64,000 nt of DNA, taken from assembly GCA_022402535.1 (NCBI GenBank), contig JAKRSD010000019.1, positions 14,224 through 78,223 of the forward strand. The letters run 5' to 3'. The notes beneath the pieces are model-generated. The model made no database searches. It was not told where the DNA came from and saw only the letters and a list, made by a program, of their open reading frames with translations. This document shows, piece after piece, positions 9,338-18,356 of this stretch. The position numbers and the translations under genes were made by a program. Numbering within the stretch: position 1 is the first letter of the stretch; each line of letters begins with the position of its first letter. This stretch comes from Flavobacteriales bacterium. Its GTDB lineage: Bacteria > Bacteroidota > Bacteroidia > CAIKAF01.

Positions 9338-10582
9338 ATGGTTACTTTTCTGCCTTTTAAGGGAATTCTTCCCAAACCTGAATGTGCCGGTCAGGTGGTA
9401 ACCCGATCATTCGATTCCTATTCCAAAGAGGAGATAAAATCCATCTTGAATACTACTGATTTTAGTTTTTTGCATGTGATTGTTCCCGTGGCAGAAGAAA
9501 TTACCCGAAAAACACTCTCTCACGAAGAACGCCTGAAACTCGGGAAGTGTGAATTTGAAAAATTGGTGGAAAGGGGTGCTGTTTCTCGCTTGGCGCAGGA
9601 TGCCTATTACATTTACCGCCAGACCGACAAAGAAGGACGGGTTTTCACCGGAATTTTGGGAGCGGCTTCTGTGGCTGATTATGACTGCGGACTCATAAAA
9701 AAGCACGAAGAAACACTGGAATATAAAGAAGTGGTGCTGAAAGAATATCTTGAAGTAATTGATATTCATGCCGAGCCGGTGTACCTTACATTACCCGATA
9801 ATCCGGAACTTGTGCAGCTATTGCAAAAGTTGAGTTCGGAAAATCCACACATCCGGGTGGAGATGGAAGGAAAAACCCACGAAATATGGATTGTGTCTGA
9901 TAATGCGGAAATAGAAAAAATCAGGTCGGTTTTTCAGACCACACCGGCCATGTATATTGCCGACGGGCATCACCGTTGCGCTTCTTCATCGCTTTTTGGT
10001 AATGAGCGAAAAGAAAAAAATCCCGGTCATCAGGGAAACGAAGCTTACAATGGGTTTTTGGCGGTGGTTATTCCCGAGTCGGGAGCCCGTTTGTACGAAT
10101 TTTCAAGGCTGGTAAAAGATTTGGGAAATCATACGCCTGAAAGTTTTTTGCAAACTTTATCTGCTCAATTTTATGTGGAACCGGTAGAAACAAATGATAG
10201 CCCACCCAAAACTGTTCATGAGTTTGGATTGTATGTAGATGGGAAAGCTTACAGGCTGCGGCTGAAAGAAAATCCTAAAGGAGAATCTCCTTTAGATCAT
10301 TTAGATCCACTCATTATGAACAGGTTGATATTTGAACCGTTATTAGGCATTAAGGATTTGCGAAAAGATAAACGGGTGAAATTTATCGGGGGTAAAGCCG
10401 ATATGTCCTTATTATGTAAAGAAGTGGATTCCGGTAAGTACAAAGCGGCTTTTCTTTCCTATCCGGTTCCGTTCAGTCAGTTTAAACAGATTGCCGATGC
10501 GGGATGGGTTATGCCCCCCAAAAGCACCTGGTTTGAACCCAAATTTCCCAGTGCGCTGGTTATTTATCCACTGTTCGACTGA
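9338..10582 (+). CDS. DUF1015 family protein
   Basis: IKKHE.T, YIADGHHR and MPPKSTWFEPK motifs; start at ATG 9338. Confidence 0.9.
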   Translation: MVTFLPFKGILPKPECAGQVVTRSFDSYSKEEIKSILNTTDFSFLHVIVPVAEEITRKTLSHEERLKLGKCEFEKLVERGAVSRLAQDAYYIYRQTDKEGRVFTGILGAASVADYDCGLIKKHEETLEYKEVVLKEYLEVIDIHAEPVYLTLPDNPELVQLLQKLSSENPHIRVEMEGKTHEIWIVSDNAEIEKIRSVFQTTPAMYIADGHHRCASSSLFGNERKEKNPGHQGNEAYNGFLAVVIPESGARLYEFSRLVKDLGNHTPESFLQTLSAQFYVEPVETNDSPPKTVHEFGLYVDGKAYRLRLKENPKGESPLDHLDPLIMNRLIFEPLLGIKDLRKDKRVKFIGGKADMSLLCKEVDSGKYKAAFLSYPVPFSQFKQIADAGWVMPPKSTWFEPKFPSALVIYPLFD

Positions 10583-10587
10583 TAAGT

Positions 10588-11247
10588 ATGATTGCCAAAT
10601 CCATTCAACAAATTAAAACAAAATTGGGTGAAAGAGCCCGATTGATAGCCGTTTCCAAAACCAAACCGATTTCATCCATTATGGAGGCTTATGAAGCGGG
10701 GCATAAGATTTTTGGCGAAAATAAAGTGCAGGAACTTTGCGAAAAATACGAGTCGCTTCCCAAGGATATCGAATGGCACATGATCGGTCATCTTCAGACC
10801 AACAAAGTAAAATACATTGCCCCGTTTGTGCAGCTGATTCATGGTGTGGACAGTTTGAAACTGGCCGCGGAAATCAGCAAACAGGGAGAAAAAAATAACC
10901 GTAAAATCCCCTGCCTTTTTCAGATGCACATAGCTGCCGAAGAAACCAAATTCGGATTTTCGGAACATGAACTTTTGGAATTATTGCAACAGGGAGTTAT
11001 AAATGAATTGCCCGGCATTACATGGTGCGGAATGATGGGAATGGCCACATTTACCGATGATACAGGGAAAATCCGTCAGGAGTTTAAAAACCTGAAACAG
11101 ATATTTGATACGGTTAAAAAGGAATTCTTTTCTCACCAATCGGAGTTCAAAGAAGTGAGTATGGGTATGAGCGGGGATTGGCCCATAGCCGTGGAAGAAG
11201 GGGCAACGTTGGTTCGGATTGGAAGTGCTATATTTGGGGAACGCTAG
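10588..11247 (+). CDS. yggS: PLP homeostasis protein YggS/PLPBP
   Basis: LIAVSKTKP, FGENKVQE, WHMIGHLQTNK, SMGMSGD, VRIGSAIFG. Confidence 0.97.
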   Translation: MIAKSIQQIKTKLGERARLIAVSKTKPISSIMEAYEAGHKIFGENKVQELCEKYESLPKDIEWHMIGHLQTNKVKYIAPFVQLIHGVDSLKLAAEISKQGEKNNRKIPCLFQMHIAAEETKFGFSEHELLELLQQGVINELPGITWCGMMGMATFTDDTGKIRQEFKNLKQIFDTVKKEFFSHQSEFKEVSMGMSGDWPIAVEEGATLVRIGSAIFGER

Positions 11248-11249
11248 CT

Positions 11250-11768
11250 ATGGTACGTTTATTCATTTTTCTGTCGCTTTTATTATCGGGATGCATGGAG
11301 TTGATTCATGCACAAAATCCCTTTAACCGCTACGTGGCATTTGATCCGCCCGCCCGTAAAAGAGTGTATTACGGAATCGGGGATGAAATTCTTATTAAAC
11401 TGGATGATGATAAACATTTTACGCCATGGGTAATAACGGCCGTAACAGATAGCGGTTTTGTGGTGGAGGGTAAACATTTTGTCCATCCCGAACGGGTTTC
11501 GGCAATTAAAATGTATCCCAAACGAAGACTTGTAGGCTTAAAGCGGATTTTGATTTATGGAGGAGCCGCCCTCCCGGTGCTCATGCTTACCAATTATGCC
11601 CTGAACCCTTCGCAGTCGCAGATTTTTATTCCAACGGTAGCGGGTGTTTCGGGCGGAATGATTTTTACCTGGTTGATTCTAAAATCGTTTGATTGGGGTG
11701 GTATGCGCTATAAAGTGAATCAAAACCGTCCGTTGAAAATGTTGATATTGGATATGAAGGCTCCCTGA
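11250..11768 (+). CDS. Hypothetical membrane protein
   Basis: ATG 2 nt after the yggS stop; signal-like N-terminus and two hydrophobic segments. Confidence 0.7.
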   Translation: MVRLFIFLSLLLSGCMELIHAQNPFNRYVAFDPPARKRVYYGIGDEILIKLDDDKHFTPWVITAVTDSGFVVEGKHFVHPERVSAIKMYPKRRLVGLKRILIYGGAALPVLMLTNYALNPSQSQIFIPTVAGVSGGMIFTWLILKSFDWGGMRYKVNQNRPLKMLILDMKAP

Positions 11769-11827
11769 TTCTTTAAGGTTTTTATATTCTTTTCCTTTCT
11801 ATATTTACACTGTAAAGTAATTACACC

Positions 11828-12652
11828 ATGAAAAATGCATCCCTCTTAGTTCCTTATGATTTATCCGCTGCCGGCGATAAAGCCATTGTTTACGCCGGTT
11901 TTCTTGCATCCAATCTGGGTTGGGAAATTGAAATATTTCATCTGGATGATGAAGCCGACACCCGTGCGGTTGAAATCAGCGGACAGATTTCAGAAAGAAC
12001 CAAAGAGCTTCTTTCGTTATATAATTCTCCATTTCTGGTGCAGGTTCAGCATGGTTCCATTTTTTCGGATATTGCTCGCAAAGCAGATGAGGTTCAAGTA
12101 GCCATGGCAGTTATGGGAACGCATGGCGCGCGCGGTCTGCGTCAGAAATGGTTTGGTGCCGATATATTGAAAATTGTAAAAGAAATGCCTGTCCCTGTGC
12201 TGGTGGTACAGGAAGATACAGTTCTTCCTCAAGGCAATTCAATCCGTAAAATATTATTTCCGGTGGGGGGGCATGCTGCGTTTCAGAAATGTGCGGAAGC
12301 CGTATGTTTCATTGCTAAACAATTTCAAGCGGAAGTAATTCTGTATTCGATCGAACGGCCCGGATTTCCCTATTCGGACACGATGAAACATAATATTGAG
12401 CAGGCTCTCAATCTGTTCGCAAAGGAAGGGGTAACCTGTAACCGGGTTAAAGAGGAAGTTTCGGTGATTTCAATAGGATTTGCAAAACAAACGCTGGATT
12501 TTGCTAAAGCAAACCATGTAGATATGATTGCCGTGGTGTCTGAATCAACGCAGGAGAACTATTATTTCGCCCCCATTGATAAAGAAAACCTGTTGACCAA
12601 TCCTTTTAATATTCCCGTGCTTTGCACCAGTTCGGGCGAAAAAGAAATATAA
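11828..12652 (+). CDS. Universal stress protein (tandem USP domains)
   Basis: LVPYDLS, VMGTHG..G, PVPVLVV, and a second ILFPV domain. Confidence 0.9.
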   Translation: MKNASLLVPYDLSAAGDKAIVYAGFLASNLGWEIEIFHLDDEADTRAVEISGQISERTKELLSLYNSPFLVQVQHGSIFSDIARKADEVQVAMAVMGTHGARGLRQKWFGADILKIVKEMPVPVLVVQEDTVLPQGNSIRKILFPVGGHAAFQKCAEAVCFIAKQFQAEVILYSIERPGFPYSDTMKHNIEQALNLFAKEGVTCNRVKEEVSVISIGFAKQTLDFAKANHVDMIAVVSESTQENYYFAPIDKENLLTNPFNIPVLCTSSGEKEI

Positions 12653-12659
12653 CAGCTTT

Positions 12660-13607
12660 TTAGTTTTGATTTTTTAAAAACTGCAAAACAGGCTGGAGGC
12701 TCAGTTCGGGTATTTCTTCCATGGGAACGTGCCCGGCATTTTCAAATACAACCAGTTCCGAGTTTTTTATCATAGCATGAAGTTCCTCACCCGTGGAAAC
12801 CGGAATCCACCGGTCCTGTTTGCCCCATAAAATCAGCGTCGGACAATTAATCCCCGATATTTCAGCACCATTGTCTTTTCCTGTTTGCGAAAGCCTTTTG
12901 ATGGTCGCCTCACGATTTCCTTCCCTGCGCATCAGGTGGTAATAGCGCATCGTAAGTTCCTGCGTGATTTTATTCTCGTCATAAAATACCTGCTCCATAT
13001 TCATTCTGAAAAAGAACCGTGGAGTAAACCGCGTAAACAGCTTTGCCATGGCTTTATTTTCCAGCATTTTGAAAATAAACGGTTTTTCATCCCTTGAAAA
13101 ACGTTTAGCTCCCACGGCATCTATTAATATCATGCCGCGAATGCGGGAAGGTTGCTGAATGGCCATTTTCCAGCAGACGCCTCCCCCCATGGAGTTTCCG
13201 GCAACGTAAAAGGAATCGAGTTTAAGGGTATCCGCCAGCGCAAACAACAGGTCCGCATAATCATCCATTGTATATTTATTAGCAACAGAAGGTCCCGTAA
13301 GCCCATGTCCGGGAAGATCCATTGATATGGTTCGGTATGATTTACTTAGCTGGTTTTCCCAATCCTGCCAGGTATGCAGCGAACTGAAGCTGCCATGTAT
13401 AAGCATAATCGGGGTTCCGTTTCCCCGGATTCGCACATGCAGTTTTTCATTTTGAACTTCAATATATTCAGACTCCGGCGTCAGGTATTTTTGTTCAATA
13501 TCCGAAATGTTCATTTCGGGCGTATAAAGAGCGGCAATCCCCGAACCCAAAATCACAAATAAGACTAAAAAAATCCAGTGTTTTCTTTGCAATCTTCTCA
13601 TGAGCAT
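12660..13607 (-). CDS. Membrane-anchored alpha/beta hydrolase
   Basis: LIHG, DLPGHG, GNSMGG nucleophile elbow, WG..D, GHVPMEE; start trimmed to MLMRR. Confidence 0.9.
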   Translation of the reverse strand: MLMRRLQRKHWIFLVLFVILGSGIAALYTPEMNISDIEQKYLTPESEYIEVQNEKLHVRIRGNGTPIMLIHGSFSSLHTWQDWENQLSKSYRTISMDLPGHGLTGPSVANKYTMDDYADLLFALADTLKLDSFYVAGNSMGGGVCWKMAIQQPSRIRGMILIDAVGAKRFSRDEKPFIFKMLENKAMAKLFTRFTPRFFFRMNMEQVFYDENKITQELTMRYYHLMRREGNREATIKRLSQTGKDNGAEISGINCPTLILWGKQDRWIPVSTGEELHAMIKNSELVVFENAGHVPMEEIPELSLQPVLQFLKNQN

Positions 13608-13710
13608 ATTCTGATTTAGTTGTATGGGTATGCAAGTTGGAAAATATTTCTGTAAAAACGATTTAAAGTGAAAAGGTTTATTAATTTTAAGCGGCTCTAA
13701 TTTTTTTATC

Positions 13711-15690
13711 ATGGGTTTTCGTACGATACGTATTTTTTCGGCGATGGGCATTGCCTGTATGCTGTTTTTATATTTAGATGCGAAGGCTCAATATTCCATA
13801 GAGCAGCTTCAGTCTTTCTTAAAAAAGCCGATTACAGACAGCACCCGGGTCGAAATTTTAAATGAACTGAGTTGGGAATATCTGGTTATTTCGCCCGAGG
13901 AAGCCTTTAACTATGCCGAACAGGCAGAAAAGATTTCAAAAAATATTGGGTTTGTTCAGGGAGAAGCTACCTCCTACAACCGCAAAGCGGTGGCTCTCGA
14001 ACTTTTTGGAAGATATTCGGAAGCTATATCTTTTTACGAGAAAGCATTTGACCTGAGATTCAGTATGGCTGATACGATTGGTGCAGCTAATGTTTTACTC
14101 AATATCGGGGCTGCCTATTTTACACAGGGATATTTTGAACCGGCCCTGAAATATTATCTGCAATGTGTGCGTCTGAAAGAGATTTCTTCTCAAAAAAGCG
14201 ATAACACCATGGCCAAGGCATACAATAACATTGGTCTTGTATATAGGGCTAAAAGAGAAAACCGGGAAGCCGTTTCGTGGTATAAACGATCATTACGAAT
14301 CAAACAGAAAATTAATGATGTGGTCGGTGTTTCTAACACCATGATTAATATTTCTCTTGCCTTTCAAAATTTGAATTTGCCCGACAGTGCATTGTTATAC
14401 ACCGACAGTGCTTTTGCTATCGTGAAAGAAAATGGATTGGAAAAACAGATTGCGGGTATATTGGTAAATAAAGCCGCCTTTCTAAAAGATCAAAAAAAAT
14501 ATGAGGCTTCTGAGGCATTGCTCGCAGATGCCTTTGAATGGCTAAAAATATACCCTGATGAGCAGGTGATGATTTATGCCTTGAAACAACAGGCTGAAAA
14601 TTGGACTCGCGAAGAAAAATACTCAAGGGCAGTTGAAAATTTAAAACAGGCCATAGAAATCAGCTCCCGCTTAAATCTGCGCGAAATTTTGCAGGCTTCT
14701 TATGAGGAGTTGGCCGCGGTATATGAACAAAGCGGTGACCTAAAAAAAGCGCTTCAGACTTATAGGCTATCTTCTCAGCTTAAGGACAGTCTGTTTAACT
14801 CAGAAAGCGAGCGATCTTTAAATGAGTTACAGACCATCTATGCCACGTCTAAAAAAGAAGAAAGTATAGCCCGCCTTAATGATGAAAATAAAAATAAAGA
14901 TCTGCTTATCCGCCAAAGCCGGGAGCGCAACTTCTTTCTTTTTATAATCACGTTTATTACGTTTTTAGCGTTGCTGGCACTGCTTTATTCGCTCAGGACC
15001 AATAAGAAATACAATAAGCGGCTCGAAGCGCAGAATAAAATTATTGAAGACGCTCTGGCTGAAAAGGAGCTGCTGCTCAAAGAAATTCATCATCGGGTAA
15101 AGAACAATCTACAGGTGATTTCAGGGTTGTTATATCTGCAATCGAAAAACATTTCGGATGAAAAAATTGCTGACGTGGTTAATGAAGGGCGTAACCGGGT
15201 AAAATCCATGGCACTTATTCATCAGAAAATGTATCAGCAGGATAACCTTACGGGGGTTAATATGACCGAATACATCAATGAATTGGCCGGAAATGTGGTC
15301 AGTTCGCATCAGACCGGAGTACAAAATATTGAACTTATTGTCGATTCGGATCCCCTATTTTTAGATGTGGACACGGCAATTCCGTTAGGGTTAATTATCA
15401 ATGAGCTGTTAACCAATGCAACCAAATATGCCTTTAAGCTGGCAGAGGTTGAAAAGCCCAAAATTTCAATACGGCTAAAGTTATTGGATAACCTGTTAAA
15501 GCTTTCCGTTTCAGATAACGGAAGTGGAATTTCAGATGCTGAAGCGGTTTTCAAGACTAATAATTCGTTTGGGTTGAAGCTTATTGACTCATTGGCCAAA
15601 AAACTGAGAGCTGAGCTTGGTATTCAAACGAATAACGGGACTATGGTAACATTAGACATTTATAAATTCAAACTGTCAAAAAATGGATAG
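13711..15690 (+). CDS. TPR-sensor membrane histidine kinase (HisKA_2 type)
   Basis: Periplasmic TPRs, TM helix, EIHHRVKNNLQ H-box, NELLTNA.KYA, DNG.G, FGL. Confidence 0.93.
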   Translation: MGFRTIRIFSAMGIACMLFLYLDAKAQYSIEQLQSFLKKPITDSTRVEILNELSWEYLVISPEEAFNYAEQAEKISKNIGFVQGEATSYNRKAVALELFGRYSEAISFYEKAFDLRFSMADTIGAANVLLNIGAAYFTQGYFEPALKYYLQCVRLKEISSQKSDNTMAKAYNNIGLVYRAKRENREAVSWYKRSLRIKQKINDVVGVSNTMINISLAFQNLNLPDSALLYTDSAFAIVKENGLEKQIAGILVNKAAFLKDQKKYEASEALLADAFEWLKIYPDEQVMIYALKQQAENWTREEKYSRAVENLKQAIEISSRLNLREILQASYEELAAVYEQSGDLKKALQTYRLSSQLKDSLFNSESERSLNELQTIYATSKKEESIARLNDENKNKDLLIRQSRERNFFLFIITFITFLALLALLYSLRTNKKYNKRLEAQNKIIEDALAEKELLLKEIHHRVKNNLQVISGLLYLQSKNISDEKIADVVNEGRNRVKSMALIHQKMYQQDNLTGVNMTEYINELAGNVVSSHQTGVQNIELIVDSDPLFLDVDTAIPLGLIINELLTNATKYAFKLAEVEKPKISIRLKLLDNLLKLSVSDNGSGISDAEAVFKTNNSFGLKLIDSLAKKLRAELGIQTNNGTMVTLDIYKFKLSKNG

Positions 15691-16402
15691 ACTCATGAGG
15701 ATTTTGATTGTGGAAGACGATCCCATCATTTCATCAGAAATTGCCTCTATTTTGGAAGATGCAGGACACGAAGTGGCGGGGCAATGTTTTGCAGCCGAAG
15801 AAGCCATTCCTTTTTTTCACAAAGGGAATATAGACCTGGCCTTACTCGATATTCAGCTCGAAGGGGATTCCGACGGGGTTCAGTTAGCACATCTGATTAA
15901 TGAAAAATTCAAGGTTCCTTTTATTTTTCTGACTTCCTACGCTGATGCCATTACATTGGAAAGAATAAAACAATGCAATCCGGAGTCATATATTCATAAA
16001 CCTTTTGATGAGGCAGTATTAAAAACCAATATCGAGTTAGCCTTATCAAGAAGAGGGAAATACCCGTCTGACCACCCCGAAAAAACAGATGAAAATGTCT
16101 TTTTTGTAAAAACCAAAAAAGGACTCAGTAAACTGATACCTGACCAAATAATCTATGCAGAGGCAGTTGACAGTTATACCTGTCTGTTTACCGAGAATGA
16201 GCGTGTGGTAATTTCGGAATCATTAAAGAACGTGGAAGAGAAGTTGGTTAATGCGGGATTTGTGAGAGTGCATCGTTCATTTCTGATTAATTTCAGTCAT
16301 ATAACTTCAATAGTGGATGGGTATGTTTTGCTCGGAAAAGAAAAAGTACCCATCGGAAGGGCTTACAAAGACGACCTTTTTAGTTTAATAAAAACACTCT
16401 GA
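15683..16402 (+). CDS. Response regulator, REC-LytTR
   Basis: ILIVEDD, LLDI, FLT, KPF; LytTR FVRVHRSFLIN and PIGR.Y. Confidence 0.93.
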   Translation: MDRLMRILIVEDDPIISSEIASILEDAGHEVAGQCFAAEEAIPFFHKGNIDLALLDIQLEGDSDGVQLAHLINEKFKVPFIFLTSYADAITLERIKQCNPESYIHKPFDEAVLKTNIELALSRRGKYPSDHPEKTDENVFFVKTKKGLSKLIPDQIIYAEAVDSYTCLFTENERVVISESLKNVEEKLVNAGFVRVHRSFLINFSHITSIVDGYVLLGKEKVPIGRAYKDDLFSLIKTL

Positions 16403-16522
16403 TTCCTTGTTTTTAGAGTACCCCAAATTTTCAAGGGTGTTTTAGTGTCGTTTAATGGCAATTTTTTGCTGTTTGCTGATTTGGGCTTGCCCTAAGGCTG
16501 AATAAGTAAGACATTTACATCC

Positions 16523-16651
16523 GATAAGTGAGTTGTTAGAATTGTTTACTTGTTAAATCAACTCTTGTCTCTCTATCCTCTTCATCATCAGCCCTAAGGA
16601 TTTTTTGGTCCTTAAAAAATTGCCGGTCACCCCTGACCGGCATTTTCTTTT
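16523..16651 (+). ncRNA. Candidate structured small RNA (or long structured 3' UTR)
   Basis: Three consecutive hairpins ending in a perfect 9-bp stem plus U tract; no credible ORF. Confidence 0.35.
16621..16651 (+). terminator. Intrinsic terminator
   Basis: TGCCGGTCA-CCCC-TGACCGGCA-TTTTCTTTT. Confidence 0.85.
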
Positions 16652-16844
16652 GTATATGTTTCCTGTAATTATTTAAGATAGAATGCAAAAAAAGATTCCA
16701 CTTTGACGTAATCTTTTTTTTTGGAGGTGGGGGAACAACTGAATTGTTTTGTGATCTTGTATGAATAAGGTCAAAAATCACATGCCACGCTTTGAGTAAG
16801 CTTTATATTTTCTTCCCCTCGGATGCATGCTGCTTCTCGGGAAG

Positions 16845-16878
16845 AAAATAAAAACGCCTCCACCAAAGGTGAAGGCGT
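16845..16878 (-). terminator. Terminator of tRNA-Val
   Basis: Minus strand ACGCCTTCACC-TTT-GGTGGAGGCGT followed by TTTTATTTT. Confidence 0.8.
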
Positions 16879-16890
16879 GTGTTTCACTTG

Positions 16891-16965
16891 TGGGAGCAAC
16901 AGGATTCGAACCTGTGACCCTCTGCTTGTAAGGCAGATGCTCTGAACCAGCTGAGCTATGCTCCC
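16891..16965 (-). tRNA. tRNA-Val (TAC)
   Basis: GGGAGCATAGCTCAGCTGGTTCAGAGCATCTGCCTTACAAGCAGAGGGTCACAGGTTCGAATCCTGTTGCTCCCA folds as a cloverleaf. Confidence 0.97.
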
Positions 16966-17040
16966 TCTTTCGGTGAACAGAAAGAATCCATTGGTGATAG
17001 AGTGTCTTTCTGGTGATAGAGACCCGTTTGAAACGGAGTG

Positions 17041-17071
17041 CAAATGTATGGACTGTTTTTTATTCACCAAA
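17041..17071 (-). promoter_or_regulatory. Promoter for tRNA-Val
   Basis: TTTG-N19-TACATTTG. Confidence 0.78.
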
Positions 17072-17192
17072 AAAAATGAATAAAAAAAATAAAGCTAGAG
17101 TGTAACTGCCAGCAAATCAGGTATAAAAAAGACTAAATTGAGTACTTGGACATCGAAATTAACACCCTAAACAACTTGATTTGAAGTACATT

Positions 17193-17225
17193 TTTGAAAG
17201 TGTCATGTAAATTACGTTACCTTTG
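17193..17225 (+). promoter_or_regulatory. Promoter for fni (probably leaderless)
   Basis: TTTG-N21-TACCTTTG, then CGCC-ATG. Confidence 0.7.
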
Positions 17226-17229
17226 CGCC

Positions 17230-18279
17230 ATGGTCACATTGATAGCCTCCAATCAAGGACCCCATGCACAACCTTTGGAAGAGCGCAAATCTGCACATAT
17301 CGATTTGGCGTTTGCATCGCAGACAGAACATGCCCAGGCAGATTCACGATTCTATTATGAACCCGCTTTGTCAGGGCATCCCCGGTCAGAATTAGCTCCA
17401 CTATCTTTTCTGAAAAAAACATTCAGAACGCCAATCTGGGTATCCAGTATGACGGGCGGTACGGAAATGGCCAAAATTATCAATCAAAATCTGGCTCGCG
17501 CCTGCGCCGAATTCGGCATGGGAATGGGCTTGGGCTCCTGCCGTCCCTTATTAGAAGGAAATGAACGCTTTGAGGATTTTAATTTACGGCCCATCATCGG
17601 GAATGAACAACCTTTATATGCCAATTTGGGCGTAGCACAGCTCGAAGAACTTTTTGCTGCCAAACAAGGTCATCGAATCATCGAACTCGTTGAGTCCATT
17701 CAGGCTGATGGATTAATCGTACACATCAACCCGTTACAAGAGTGGTTTCAGCCCGAAGGCGATCGATACTTTCGTTCTCCGGTGGACATCGTTTCCGAAG
17801 TGCTCGACACCGTTTCTTTTCCGGTAATTGTGAAAGAAGTGGGGCAGGGAATGGGGCCCGAAAGTATTCGTGCATTTCTCAAAATGCCCATAGCAGCGTT
17901 GGATTTTGGCGCTTTTGGAGGAACGAATTTTTCTAAATTGGAAATGCTCCGCGATAAAAACGGAAGAGCTACCCGCTTTGAGCCTCTGATAACAGTGGGG
18001 CACACGGCATATGAAATGGTGCAGTTTGTAAATGAAATATACAGACAGGAGGGAGACAAACTGGCCTGCAAAGAAATTATCATTTCCGGGGGCGTCAATA
18101 CTTTCTTAGATGGATATTACCTCACGGAGTCCTGTCATTTATCTGCTGTTTATGGCCAGGCATCGGCATTCTTAAAACACGCTGCCGGTAATTACGAAGA
18201 TTTGCGCATCTATGTTCAGTCTCAGATTGATGGACTGCGTGTGGCGAAAGCCATGCTGAAGGTCAGAAATAATCAATAA
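17230..18279 (+). CDS. fni: Type 2 (FMN-dependent) isopentenyl-diphosphate isomerase
   Basis: RK..HI, SSMTGG, GLGS.R, ANLG, H.NPLQE, VKEVG.G, GGTNF. Confidence 0.93.
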   Translation: MVTLIASNQGPHAQPLEERKSAHIDLAFASQTEHAQADSRFYYEPALSGHPRSELAPLSFLKKTFRTPIWVSSMTGGTEMAKIINQNLARACAEFGMGMGLGSCRPLLEGNERFEDFNLRPIIGNEQPLYANLGVAQLEELFAAKQGHRIIELVESIQADGLIVHINPLQEWFQPEGDRYFRSPVDIVSEVLDTVSFPVIVKEVGQGMGPESIRAFLKMPIAALDFGAFGGTNFSKLEMLRDKNGRATRFEPLITVGHTAYEMVQFVNEIYRQEGDKLACKEIIISGGVNTFLDGYYLTESCHLSAVYGQASAFLKHAAGNYEDLRIYVQSQIDGLRVAKAMLKVRNNQ

Positions 18280-18356
18280 ATAATATATCAGAAAATCATT
18301 TTTAACGTTGAGTTGTTTCTTTCAGAAAGAGGCAATTTCACTCAAAAACAAATCAC

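Noticed and set aside
13608-13751. Head-to-head overlap of the hydrolase and kinase ORFs
   Set aside because: Artefact of longest-ORF start choice; the hydrolase plausibly starts at 13607.
9070-16965. Genomic island bounded by the two tRNAs
   Set aside because: No integrase, no duplicated tRNA 3' end seen, and the content and composition look host-like.
16771-17070. 99-aa ORF
   Set aside because: It overlaps tRNA-Val and its leader and terminator.
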